40,107 bases of DNA from NCBI GenBank assembly GCA_039794845.1, contig JAUQVK010000017.1, positions 1 through 40,107 of the forward strand. Direction: 5' to 3'. Below the pieces are notes generated by a model. The model had not been told where the DNA came from. It saw nothing but the letters and a program-made list of their open reading frames with translations, and did not search any database. This document shows, piece by piece, positions 18,836 through 28,564 of this stretch; the first letter of the stretch is position 1; the number at the start of each line of letters is the position of its first letter. Source of the DNA: Thermostichus sp. DRC_bins_24. Lineage in GTDB: Bacteria > Cyanobacteriota > Cyanobacteriia > Thermostichales > Thermostichaceae. Made by a program: the position numbers and the translations under genes.

Positions 18836-21507
18836 GACGAACTTAACCCACTTAAACCATCGGACTGACCGGTTCGGCCTTGGTCTTGAACTGGATGAAC
18901 TTGATCTTGAAGTTGCTGGTGTTGTAGCCAAGCACTGACATTCACCCGAATCCGTTGCCCCATCTGTAAAAGGCGGTGCAGGTTATCGGCAGAAATATCC
19001 TGACATTCTTCCTGAAGCCAAGCCGGGCAGCGAGGGGCGATCTGGTGCTCCAAACCTGTTAGGTAGAGCTCTTGCAAGCGATCTATATCGATGGGCAGGC
19101 GCAGATCTACCGCCAGTTGCAGCCACTCCTCCAGGTTGTAGAGCTGTTCGCTGAAGGTCTCGGGCTCAAAAGCATGGGCGAGGTGCCACATTCCCCGGTG
19201 CAGCAGCCGATTCAGGGACTGAGCCGCTTCTTCCCGCCGCAATTGACACCCCAACTGCTCCGCCTCCTGGGCAATGGCCCGCAACTCCATGAGATGATCC
19301 CGTCTGCCCTCCTCCATTTCCATTGCTCGTAGACTGGCCAAAAGCCGTTGGTTGAGGGTGATCTGGGCTGCTGCCAACAGCTCCTCGGGAATCGGTAGGC
19401 CATCGGCACGGAAGGCCATCAAAACCCCGTAGTTGTCCAAATAGGTTTGCCGGTAGAGCTGGCCCAAGCGAGCCAAGGTATCTTGGGTGAGCCAGCGCAT
19501 CATCTGTTGCCGATCTTCGTCGGCCAGAGCGTTCAGATCGTAGGTCTCCGGCCCGAACAGCTCTTTCAAGGTCAGGATCAGCTGCACCCGGCTGTGGGAT
19601 CCCCCCATCAATCGGCTCTTGAGGTGTTCGTAGGCGCGCCGCCCCGTGAAGGGCTTAACCCCGCACTGAAAGTCCCAGCCGCCAATGTGCAGCACCGCGT
19701 AGATCAGATCATGTTCTTCTCGGGTGGTGGGAAAGGTGAGCTTGACTCGCCCGATCACCAACGTCGATCCCCCCAACAACAGACGCTCCCGATCCACCTG
19801 ATCCAGCACATAGCCGTGGGATCCGGTTTGTCGGTGAGGCATACCGTCAAACAGAGAAGACATGGCATGGTGGGCCACAAGCCGATGGGGGCCCACCAGA
19901 CTGGGGCGCACCAGAGCGCGGTAGATGGCGTCCCCAGACTTGAAGGACTCGACGTTGCTGGGAGCCTTGCTCAGGCGGTGCAAAAATTCCTCTTCCAAAT
20001 TCAGATCCGCCACTTCGGCGGCCAACTCCATTGCCCGTGCCGCGTAGCGCAGGATCTGCACACCCTCCGGTCGGGAGAGCTCCTCGAAAAACCAGCCACA
20101 ACTGGTAAACATCAGCTGACTGTAGCGCTGCATCTCCAACAGGCGCAGCACCTCGACCTGATCCTCGGCTGTAAGGCGGTGACTCTGATGCTCCCGCAAA
20201 AAGGCCCCACAGCGTTCCCGATCCAAAATCACCTCGATGTAGCGATCCCGGGCCAGCCAGGGATCCCGTAGGTAGGCTTTGGCCTCGGTGTGGTAGAGAT
20301 CTGCCAGTTGATCCCGCAGCCAGTTGAGAGACTCCCGCAGCGGTTGCCGCCACCGTTGATGCCAGCCCCCACCCCCGCCACAACCGCAGTCGCGGGACCA
20401 GCGCCCTACCCCGTGGGCACAGCTCCAGGCGGTCACCGGCTTGAGTTGCACTTCCCAAGTGGGGGGATGCTGGCTAAGGAAATGGCTGTAATTGGTCACC
20501 TGCCAGCCGCGGCGGGGAAATTCTTCGGTAAAGGCATAGGCCAGGGTACGTTCCACACCGCGCTTATGGTGGCCGAAGGTTTCACCATCGGTGGCGCAGT
20601 TGATCAGTTGGGCCTCCAGCAGTGAACCCGGATCCTTAGCTGGGCGCAGGGCCGAGCGAATGCGTTCGGCCAGATGATAACTGCTGTAGACCACATCTCC
20701 AAAGCCCAGGTCTCGAGAGATGGGGCCATCGAAAAAGAAAATATCCAGGTAGCCATCCCGGTCAGGGGTAAAGCAGCGGTAGGGTCGCCGCGGATCGATC
20801 TGGTTCTGGCTAACATCCACCCATTCCGTTTGCCCGAAAGGACGAACCCGCTGGGCTTGGCTAGGGGCCAAAATGACGAAGCGGATCCCACACTCCACCA
20901 AAGCAACGACGGTGGCAGCATCGATGGCGGTCTCCGCCAGCCACATGCCCTGAGGGTGGCGCCCGAAGCGGTGCTGAAAATCGGCAATGCCCCACCGGAT
21001 TTGGGTGTATTTGTCTCGCTCGTTGGCCAGGGGCAAAATGACGTGGTTGTACACTTGGGCGATGCCGTTGCCATGGCCATTGAGTCGCTCGGCGCTGAGG
21101 CGGTCGGCAGCGAGAATGCGTTGGTAAACCTCAATGTCTTGCCGCTCTAACCATGACAACAAAGTCGGGCCAAAGTTGAAGCTGAGATATTCATAGTTAT
21201 TCACAATACGCACCACCTGCCCTTGATCATCTAGGATGCGGGCAAAGGCATTGGGGCGATAACACTCCGCCAAGATGCGCTCGTTCCAGTCGTGAAAGGG
21301 ACTGGCGCTTGGCTGGCGCTGAATGCGGTTGAGGCTGGGATCCTCACGGGGCGGCTGATAGAAATGACCGTGCACCACCACGTAGGGGGCGGTTGTGGTT
21401 GTCTGAGCTGGCCTAGAAGAAGCGGCGTCAGGTTGGGGGGGATCCGTATTGCCTTGGCCTGATTGTGCCGCTGGCTTAGCGGAGTTTTTGGAGCCACTCG
21501 GCATCAT
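18832..21507 (-). CDS. Glycoside hydrolase family 57 / DUF3536 protein
   Basis: HGHFYQPPRE, GMWLAETA, ATDGETFGHH and MFTSCGWFFEE motifs; start placed at ATG 21507. Confidence 0.92.
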   Translation of the reverse strand: MMPSGSKNSAKPAAQSGQGNTDPPQPDAASSRPAQTTTTAPYVVVHGHFYQPPREDPSLNRIQRQPSASPFHDWNERILAECYRPNAFARILDDQGQVVRIVNNYEYLSFNFGPTLLSWLERQDIEVYQRILAADRLSAERLNGHGNGIAQVYNHVILPLANERDKYTQIRWGIADFQHRFGRHPQGMWLAETAIDAATVVALVECGIRFVILAPSQAQRVRPFGQTEWVDVSQNQIDPRRPYRCFTPDRDGYLDIFFFDGPISRDLGFGDVVYSSYHLAERIRSALRPAKDPGSLLEAQLINCATDGETFGHHKRGVERTLAYAFTEEFPRRGWQVTNYSHFLSQHPPTWEVQLKPVTAWSCAHGVGRWSRDCGCGGGGGWHQRWRQPLRESLNWLRDQLADLYHTEAKAYLRDPWLARDRYIEVILDRERCGAFLREHQSHRLTAEDQVEVLRLLEMQRYSQLMFTSCGWFFEELSRPEGVQILRYAARAMELAAEVADLNLEEEFLHRLSKAPSNVESFKSGDAIYRALVRPSLVGPHRLVAHHAMSSLFDGMPHRQTGSHGYVLDQVDRERLLLGGSTLVIGRVKLTFPTTREEHDLIYAVLHIGGWDFQCGVKPFTGRRAYEHLKSRLMGGSHSRVQLILTLKELFGPETYDLNALADEDRQQMMRWLTQDTLARLGQLYRQTYLDNYGVLMAFRADGLPIPEELLAAAQITLNQRLLASLRAMEMEEGRRDHLMELRAIAQEAEQLGCQLRREEAAQSLNRLLHRGMWHLAHAFEPETFSEQLYNLEEWLQLAVDLRLPIDIDRLQELYLTGLEHQIAPRCPAWLQEECQDISADNLHRLLQMGQRIRVNVSAWLQHQQLQDQVHPVQDQGRTGQSDGLSGLSSS

Positions 21508-21721
21508 CGTTAACCTAAGTTCATATCCATACGTTACAGCGATCCCCAATCTGCGGCGGTGAATGTAAAGGATTTGGTCAGAATATTTGATGGCGAACAA
21601 ACATCAGCCAGCAATCTTTGCATTGGCGGAACCCAAAAGGGATCCGTACAGGTTAGGATCTTTCTTCTAGCCAGATATGGCTATTCCAGATTCAGATCCA
21701 GATTAGAAAGAGATGTTTAAG

Positions 21722-21760
21722 CCCCCTCTCCCGCTCCGGGAGAGGGGATGGGGTGAGGGC
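21722..21760. repeat. GC-rich palindromic dispersed repeat
   Basis: CCCCTCTCCCG-CTC-CGGGAGAGGGG perfect stem followed by ATGGGGTGAGGG, a common intergenic repeat type; may also act as a terminator. Confidence 0.75.
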
Positions 21761-21848
21761 AGGTGTGGCAAACTCAGTTCAAAGAACCCTAACACCGATC
21801 ACTACTTTGCAACTCTGAAACTCTGATCTCCAAGCTGAGCTGCGTTAG

Positions 21849-22997
21849 CTAGCTGGGGGCCGACTTGCCGGTGGCCATTTCCCACACCGAGTAATCCACC
21901 ACCGCCGCAGGGGGATCGGCACTGAGAATGCCCAGAGCCTTGAGGGTTTCCACATTGGCCTGATATACCGAGGGCACCAGCAATCCAGCGTTGCCCTCCA
22001 GGGTGGGGCCCGCCTGGTACAGCTTGGCAATTTCGGTCATTTGCCAGGTTTGGTGCTTGAGCGGATCCGATTCTGAGCCGGATCCCTGACAGGTGGCGCC
22101 ACAGAAGGTCAAGACCACTTGCACCGTTTCTTCTGGGTTGGCAACGGCGTAGTCCCAGCCCTCAAGGGAGGCTTTCACCAGTTTGGCGGCGATTGCTTTG
22201 CCCGATTGGCCGGATCCCTTGAAGTTGCTTTCGTTCAAGACGCGCTCGGTGGTAAAAAGCAAGTCTTCTAAGAGGTTAATGTCGTAGTCCGGCAGGTGGA
22301 TCACATTCAGCTCGCTCAGGGGATAGCCCAAACCGACGATTTGGTTCAACTCGTTGTAGAGCATGGCCGAGGCCACATCCACTTGATCGGGAAAGACCAA
22401 AGCCGGATCGAAACCGTAGGTGATCAGCTCCACATCCGGGTTGCTCACCCCCGTATCCAGGCTGGTGGTCAGGTCAAAGGCTTTCATCAGGGCCAAAGCC
22501 GGATACTCATTGCCTGAGGGCCAAATGCCCACCTTTTTGCCTTTGAAATCGTTCGGAGTCTCAATGCCACTGGATTTGAGAGAGACCATCGCATAGCCCG
22601 ACTGCTGGAAAATCTGGGCAATGTGAACCACCGGCAGGCCCTGGGCCCGTGCCGTCAGCAAGTCCGTGATCCAGGTATTGCCAAAGTCGGCCCCACCCAC
22701 GGCAACGGTCTGGATCGGGGACTGATCCCCGATCGGCAGCAGCTCGACATTCAGACCTTCTGCCTCGTAAAAGCCTTTTTCCTTGGCGATCAGGTAACCG
22801 GCAAATTGGGCTTGTGGGAACCATTTCAGTTGAAGTTTGACATCCACCAGCTGGCTTTGGGCTTGGGATCCCACCCCCAGTAGCGTTGTCAGCACCAGCG
22901 CCATGCCCACGACCCACGACAACAAAGGGATCCCGTGCCGGGCGGAGGGGCTTCTGAGGCGGGATAACCAGCGGAAAGAGTTACTGCCTAAATTCAT
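21849..22997 (-). CDS. ABC transporter substrate-binding protein, NMT1/THI5 family
   Basis: LQLKWFPQAQFAGYLIAKEKGFYEAEGL and SAMLYNE motifs; signal peptide; true start ATG 22997 (MNLGS). Confidence 0.9.
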   Translation of the reverse strand: MNLGSNSFRWLSRLRSPSARHGIPLLSWVVGMALVLTTLLGVGSQAQSQLVDVKLQLKWFPQAQFAGYLIAKEKGFYEAEGLNVELLPIGDQSPIQTVAVGGADFGNTWITDLLTARAQGLPVVHIAQIFQQSGYAMVSLKSSGIETPNDFKGKKVGIWPSGNEYPALALMKAFDLTTSLDTGVSNPDVELITYGFDPALVFPDQVDVASAMLYNELNQIVGLGYPLSELNVIHLPDYDINLLEDLLFTTERVLNESNFKGSGQSGKAIAAKLVKASLEGWDYAVANPEETVQVVLTFCGATCQGSGSESDPLKHQTWQMTEIAKLYQAGPTLEGNAGLLVPSVYQANVETLKALGILSADPPAAVVDYSVWEMATGKSAPS

Positions 22998-23143
22998 ACT
23001 GCGATCCTTATCTTCCGAGAGTGTCGTGCCAAGACTGTAGAGGATCCGCCGCTGGCGAGAATGTTCACCATGCTCACAATGTTGCCGAGGAGTACAACCC
23101 CAGGGATCCCTATCATGAGCGAAACCACGTTGCAGGAACTGAA

Positions 23144-24319
23144 TCAAACGCCTGACCCATGCCACCCAGCCCAGCCCAACCCCACCAGCAATGCCGTCAG
23201 AATGTAAAAGGATCCCACCACCTGTACCTCCGACCAGCCCCCCAGCTCCAGATGATGATGCAAGGGGGACATGCGCAGCAGCCGCTTGCCTTCGCCCGTT
23301 TTGCGCTTGCTGTACTTGAAGTAGCTCACCTGCAGAATCACCGAAAGGGCCTCTACCACCAGCACCCCGCCCATGAGTGCCAAAGCCCAGAGTTGATCCC
23401 CCAGCAGCGCCAGCCCCGCCAAAGCTCCCCCCAACCCCAGGGATCCGGTATCTCCCATAAATACCCGCGCCTTGTGGTGATTGTGGGCCAAGAACCCCCC
23501 ACAAGCTCCACTGAGGGCAAAAGCCAGCACCGCTAACTCCGGATCCCTGTGGATTAGCCCCAGCCCCACCAGCACAATGGCCACCACCCCTGCGGCCAAA
23601 CCATCCATGCCATCCGTCAGGTTGACCGCATTGTTGGTTCCCACCAGCGCAAACACCGCCAGCGGCCAAAACAGCCAACCCAAAGAGAGTGTGCCCACCC
23701 CCGGCAGCGTCAGGGCCGTCGGGATCCCTTGCCAAGCCAAGTAACCACAAAACAGCGCCGCGATCCCCAACTGCAAAAGCAGTTTTTGCCGGGGAGACAA
23801 GCCTTTGTTGGATTGCTGCCGGATCACCTGCCAATCATCCAGCCAACCGACAAAACCATAGGCCAAGGTCAGCAGGGCAACCGCCAGCACCTGGGGATCC
23901 CAAGCGCTCCAAGCCAGGGCCACCAGCAGCCCAACCGGCAAAAAGCTGATCCCACCCATGGTCGGAGTGCCGGCTTTTTTCAGATGAGATTGGGGCCCTT
24001 CCTGGCGAATCACCTGCCCCGCCTTCCACCGCCGCAACAAAGGGACGAGTAAAGCCCCAAGGGTAGCCGAACCCGCCACCCCAAAGGCAAAAACAGGCAA
24101 TGCCGATAAGCGCACGGCCGCCAGCAACCCCAGCAGGGATCCCAATAGCCCCAGCCACAGCCAGAGACCCCCCATGGATGCAGCGGGATCGGCATCGGGG
24201 GATCCTAAGCCCGCTAGCGGTGGGGATCCCTGGGCCGACGCAGGATCCGCACCATGAGCCGCTTGGGCAAGCAGCAGAGCATCATTATCCTCAGAACAAC
24301 GGGGAGCTTCAGCAGTCAC
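23144..24319 (-). CDS. mraY: Phospho-N-acetylmuramoyl-pentapeptide transferase
   Basis: [34 protein letters not shown] and [10 protein letters not shown] motifs. Confidence 0.96.
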   Translation of the reverse strand: MTAEAPRCSEDNDALLLAQAAHGADPASAQGSPPLAGLGSPDADPAASMGGLWLWLGLLGSLLGLLAAVRLSALPVFAFGVAGSATLGALLVPLLRRWKAGQVIRQEGPQSHLKKAGTPTMGGISFLPVGLLVALAWSAWDPQVLAVALLTLAYGFVGWLDDWQVIRQQSNKGLSPRQKLLLQLGIAALFCGYLAWQGIPTALTLPGVGTLSLGWLFWPLAVFALVGTNNAVNLTDGMDGLAAGVVAIVLVGLGLIHRDPELAVLAFALSGACGGFLAHNHHKARVFMGDTGSLGLGGALAGLALLGDQLWALALMGGVLVVEALSVILQVSYFKYSKRKTGEGKRLLRMSPLHHHLELGGWSEVQVVGSFYILTALLVGLGWAGWHGSGV

Positions 24320-24443
24320 AGGGGGTGCCTCCAGGAAATTGAGCGCATCGGGATACAGCGCCAGCCAGTCCTAGAAAACTGTATCCCGCCTCTGGAACAG
24401 ATGGAGAGGATTAGGGATCCCAGAGCACCTCGGGGTTAGCCCC

Positions 24444-26825
24444 TCAATAGGGCCATTTCCAGTTGCGCACCTCCGGCATATCCTCCCCATGCTCCCGCAC
24501 GTATTGCTTGTGCTCGACAAACTTGTTGTGAATGATCTGTTTGATGTGGGCCCGCTCATACTTGAAGCGTTCCACCCGATCCAGCACATCATCCGCCAAG
24601 CTGAAGCGATCCACCTCGTTGAGGACGCACATATCGAAGGGGGTGGTGGTGGTGCCTTCCTCTTTGTAGCCCCGCACGTGCAGGTTGCTGTGGTTGGGGC
24701 GCCGGTAGGTGAGGCGGTGAATCAACCAGGGGTAGCCGTGAAAGGCAAACACAATCGGCTTGTCGGGGGTAAAGATGCTGGCGTAATCTACATCGCTGAT
24801 GCCGTGGGGATGCTCGCTGGGGGGCTGAAGTTTCATCAGGTTGACCACATTCACCACCCGGATCTTGATATCCGGCAGGTGCTGCCGCAAAAAGTCCACC
24901 GCCGCCAGGGTTTCCATGGTCGGCACATCCCCGCAACAGGCCATGACCACATCCGGCTCGGATCCCTGGTCGTTGCTGGCCCACTCCCAAATGCCCAGAC
25001 CTTGGGTGCAGTGTTTGATGGCCGCATCCATATCCAGGTACTGCAGGGCGGGCTGTTTGCCCGCCACCACCACATTCACGTAGTGGCGGCTGCGCAGACA
25101 GTGATCCGTGACCGACAGCAGGGTGTTGGCATCCGGGGGCAGATAGACGCGAATCACATCGGCTTTTTTGTTGACCACATGATCCAAAAAGCCCGGATCC
25201 TGATGGCTAAAGCCGTTGTGATCCTGCCGCCACACATGGGAGGTGAGCAGGTAGTTCAAGGAGGGGATCGGACGCCGCCAGGGGATGTGGCGGGTGGTTT
25301 TCAACCATTTGGCGTGCTGGTTGAACATGGAGTCCACCAGGTGAATAAAGGCTTCGTAGCAGGAGAAGAACCCGTGCCGTCCGGTTAACAAGTACCCCTC
25401 CAGCCAGCCCTGGCAGGTGTGCTCGCTGAGGATCTCCATCACCCGCCCGTCGGGGGAGAGGTGCTCGTCGTAGTCGTAAGTTTCCGCCACCCAGGTACGG
25501 TCGCTGGCTTCAAACACGGCATTCCAACGGTTGGAGGCGGTTTCATCCGGGCCAAAGATGCGGAAGTTGCGCTGATCCTGGTTGAGCTTCAATACATCCC
25601 GCAAAAACTGCCCCATGACGCGGGTGGCTTCGGCTTCGGTGGTGCCGGGGTGGGGAACGGGCACTTCATAACGGCGAAAATCCGGCATTTTCAAATCCCG
25701 CGTCAGTAGGCCGCCATTGGCGTAGGGCAGTGCCCCCATGCGTTTTTCCCCCTTGGGGGCCAGTTCCTGCAATTCGGGAATCAGGCGACCGGACTCATCA
25801 AAGAGTTCCTCCGGTTTGTAGCTGCGCATCCAATTTTCCAGCAGTTGCACATGCTCCGGTTTGGAGGCCATTTCCGAAAAGGGCACCTGATGGGAACGCC
25901 AGTAATCTTCGGTTTTCTGGCCATCTACTTCTTTGGGGCCGGTCCAGCCTTTGGGGGAACGGAGAATGATCATCGGCCACTGGGGACGACTGGGATCCCC
26001 TTTGCTGCGGGCGTTGTGCTGAATTTCCTGGATCTCGTGGATGACGGTATCCAGGGTAGCGGCCATCAGTTGGTGCATTTCCGCCGGATCCGAGCCCTCC
26101 ACAAAGTAGGGTTTGTAGCCGTAGCCTACAAACAGGCTTTGCAACTCCTCATGGCTGAGACGGGCCAGGATAGTCGGATTGGCGATCTTGTAGCCGTTCA
26201 GGTGCAGGATCGGCAGTACCGCCCCGTCGTGGATGGGATTGAGGAACTTGTTGGAGTGCCAAGAGGTGGCCAGAGGACCGGTTTCCGCCTCGCCATCCCC
26301 CACCACACAGGCCACCAGCAAGTCGGGGTTATCAAAAGCCGCCCCAAAAGCATGGGAGAGGGCATAGCCCAATTCCCCCCCTTCGTGGATGGAGCCGGGG
26401 GTTTCCGGGGCCACGTGGCTGGGGATCCCACCGGGGAAGGAGAACTGTTTAAACAGCTTTTTCATGCCCTCGGCATCCTGGGAAATGTTGGGATACACCT
26501 CGCTGTAGGTGCCCTCCAGGTAGGTATTGGCCACCAAGCCAGGGCCACCATGGCCGGGGCCGGTGATGTAGAGGATGTTCAAATCCTCCCGTTTAATAAT
26601 GCGGTTCAGATGCACATAGATGAAGTTTAAGCCTGGAGTAGTGCCCCAGTGCCCCAACAGGCGCGGCTTGACATGTTCCAGCTTCAGGGGTTCCCGCAGC
26701 AGGGGGTTCTCCATTAGATAGATTTGCCCGACGGACAGATAGTTGGCGGCCCGCCAGTAGGCGTCCATTTTGCGCAGTTCTTCGGCAGTGAGCGGTTTTG
26801 TCGAGAGCTGTTCTGCCACAACCAT
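24444..26825 (-). CDS. xfp: Xylulose-5-P/fructose-6-P phosphoketolase
   Basis: [27 protein letters not shown] and [14 protein letters not shown] motifs. Confidence 0.96.
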   Translation of the reverse strand: MVVAEQLSTKPLTAEELRKMDAYWRAANYLSVGQIYLMENPLLREPLKLEHVKPRLLGHWGTTPGLNFIYVHLNRIIKREDLNILYITGPGHGGPGLVANTYLEGTYSEVYPNISQDAEGMKKLFKQFSFPGGIPSHVAPETPGSIHEGGELGYALSHAFGAAFDNPDLLVACVVGDGEAETGPLATSWHSNKFLNPIHDGAVLPILHLNGYKIANPTILARLSHEELQSLFVGYGYKPYFVEGSDPAEMHQLMAATLDTVIHEIQEIQHNARSKGDPSRPQWPMIILRSPKGWTGPKEVDGQKTEDYWRSHQVPFSEMASKPEHVQLLENWMRSYKPEELFDESGRLIPELQELAPKGEKRMGALPYANGGLLTRDLKMPDFRRYEVPVPHPGTTEAEATRVMGQFLRDVLKLNQDQRNFRIFGPDETASNRWNAVFEASDRTWVAETYDYDEHLSPDGRVMEILSEHTCQGWLEGYLLTGRHGFFSCYEAFIHLVDSMFNQHAKWLKTTRHIPWRRPIPSLNYLLTSHVWRQDHNGFSHQDPGFLDHVVNKKADVIRVYLPPDANTLLSVTDHCLRSRHYVNVVVAGKQPALQYLDMDAAIKHCTQGLGIWEWASNDQGSEPDVVMACCGDVPTMETLAAVDFLRQHLPDIKIRVVNVVNLMKLQPPSEHPHGISDVDYASIFTPDKPIVFAFHGYPWLIHRLTYRRPNHSNLHVRGYKEEGTTTTPFDMCVLNEVDRFSLADDVLDRVERFKYERAHIKQIIHNKFVEHKQYVREHGEDMPEVRNWKWPY

Positions 26826-27043
26826 AGCCGTACCTCATAGGTATCTCTACCCCCATGGTGATCCAGGTTTGGGGAATCCTTTGGGGATCTTGTGATTTCT
26901 TCTGAATTGGCCGAACGGGCCGAAAACCCACTTTGTCTGGCTAGACAGGGGCTGATGCATCCCGATAGGTTTTGCTCGTTCAATTATTCGACAATTATTC
27001 GAATAGAATGAAAAACGATTGAACAGATGAAAAAGAGGGGTGA

Positions 27044-28294
27044 TCAGTTACGATGCAAATAAGCCACTTCCCACTCTCCACCTTTGCGTTCTCTAATGGC
27101 AAAGGTACTCGATTGCTGAGTGATGAATGTCAGCAACTTACTCCCTTGGCCTCGTTGGCGCAAACCTTCCGAAATACTGTGGCCATATTTGGTGTTGTAG
27201 GCTGTACCAATCAAGCTCAGTTGGACGTATTCGCCGGCAGCTTTGCCTTGGCTACGTAGCAACTCCAGAATGATGTCAACCATCTCAACTGATTTTGGAT
27301 CCCGATAAGTCACCTTCGAAGACACCTTCCACTGTCCATCCTCGCTTTTCTTAGTGGCGAAGGCGTTCGATTGCTGAGTGATGAATGTCAGCAACTTACT
27401 CCCTTGGCCTCGTTGGCGCAAACCTTCCGAAATACTGTGGCCATATTTGGTGTTGTAGGCTGTAGCAATTAAGTTCAATTGGGTGTATTCGCCGGCAGCT
27501 TTGCCTTGGCTACGTAGCAACTCCAGAATGATGTCAACCATTTCTTCTGCTCGGTCAGCCCCCTGAGAAGTCGAGGAAGGCTCTTGAGTAGGAGGTGGCT
27601 TATATTCGTAGTTTTTTCCTGTTTGATAATTTTGAACTTGCAGGCAATGACCATGTTGAATGACTCGATAGTAGGCCACGCTATATTTGGAGAACGTAAC
27701 CGCCAGTACATCAAACGTGCGGTCGTTAGAGCAGATAAATACCTTCTCAATTTCTGGATAATGCTGATGTATTGTACCGGCAAAAGCAATCATCAGGCCA
27801 TCCGTCATATCGTCACCTGCCGGGGCATGCAGAAGATGATATCCCCGTTTTATTAAATCAACATCAGTATTACGGGCTTTCCAATTTGCAAAAGCGAAAC
27901 GATAGTTGATGGAAGTGTCCGTAACCTCCTGGATCCATTGCTCTTTGTCCACAGTTAAGGTTTGATTATCAGCATCTAACAAAATAGCTCCTACCAACTC
28001 AGTGGCTTCTGGCTGCCAAACCTGGCCGATGCAAGTCATCAACCGAGTAAAAGTCTTGGTTGCAAAAAATGTAGGTTGGAGTAATGTTTGCAGAAGACTC
28101 TCGGTTGTTCTGTTGATTCCTCTGCTTGGTTCATATCGTTCAAGAAATTGGGCAACTTTTGTTACAAAAGCCGATGAGGAAGGCTCCCACATTTGTCGGT
28201 CGGGGCGCCAGAGGTCGGGTTGATCCTGGCGAACCTGCGCCAAGGTTTCGGCAATCAGGAGGCTGACTTCAAACAGACGACGGGGTACACTCAT
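27044..28294 (-). CDS. NYN (LabA/PIN-like) domain protein with two C-terminal LOTUS/OST-HTH-like repeats
   Basis: AILLDADN, DDMTDGLMI and FICSNDRTF acidic motifs; twice-repeated EMVDIILELL..L..I.TAYNTKYG..GSKLLTFI winged-helix pattern; AT-rich. Confidence 0.75.
   Translation of the reverse strand: MSVPRRLFEVSLLIAETLAQVRQDQPDLWRPDRQMWEPSSSAFVTKVAQFLERYEPSRGINRTTESLLQTLLQPTFFATKTFTRLMTCIGQVWQPEATELVGAILLDADNQTLTVDKEQWIQEVTDTSINYRFAFANWKARNTDVDLIKRGYHLLHAPAGDDMTDGLMIAFAGTIHQHYPEIEKVFICSNDRTFDVLAVTFSKYSVAYYRVIQHGHCLQVQNYQTGKNYEYKPPPTQEPSSTSQGADRAEEMVDIILELLRSQGKAAGEYTQLNLIATAYNTKYGHSISEGLRQRGQGSKLLTFITQQSNAFATKKSEDGQWKVSSKVTYRDPKSVEMVDIILELLRSQGKAAGEYVQLSLIGTAYNTKYGHSISEGLRQRGQGSKLLTFITQQSSTFAIRERKGGEWEVAYLHRN
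27109..27541. repeat. 175-bp near-identical direct repeat, period 258 bp (86 aa)
   Basis: 27109-27283 versus 27367-27541; 6 mismatches counted by eye, all in one short cluster. Confidence 0.93.
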
Positions 28295-28564
28295 GGGGTC
28301 GATAAGTTTTGTTATTGATTATACAGAACTTGCAGATTACTGCAATTCTTTGTCTAGGCGTGTACATCAAAATTGCCTAGCATAGAATGGATTTCAGCTT
28401 TGCACAAAACAGTTGGCTCTCCTGACTTTACGGTGACAGATTCAGAGGATCCCAGTATCAATGCCTTATGGGGAAAGGATTTCAGGGCACCAGTGGAGCG
28501 CGCTTCACCACGTTTCCGGGAGAGCTGAACAGTTTTCAGTTTCGGCTGCGTCTGGAGGGATCCC

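Noticed and set aside
22998..23834. N-terminal extension of the 661-aa ORF
   Set aside because: It is an alternate frame overlapping mraY; a proper signal peptide follows ATG 22997
5272..26630. Many long antisense or alternate-frame ORFs (e.g. 5394-6266, 9649-10686, 18062-18931, 24489-25388)
   Set aside because: Shadow ORFs typical of GC-rich coding DNA; they overlap confidently assigned genes and show no recognisable motifs
27109..27541. DGR template/variable repeat pair
   Set aside because: Only 3 of 6 differences are at adenines, both copies are in-frame coding, and no reverse transcriptase is present
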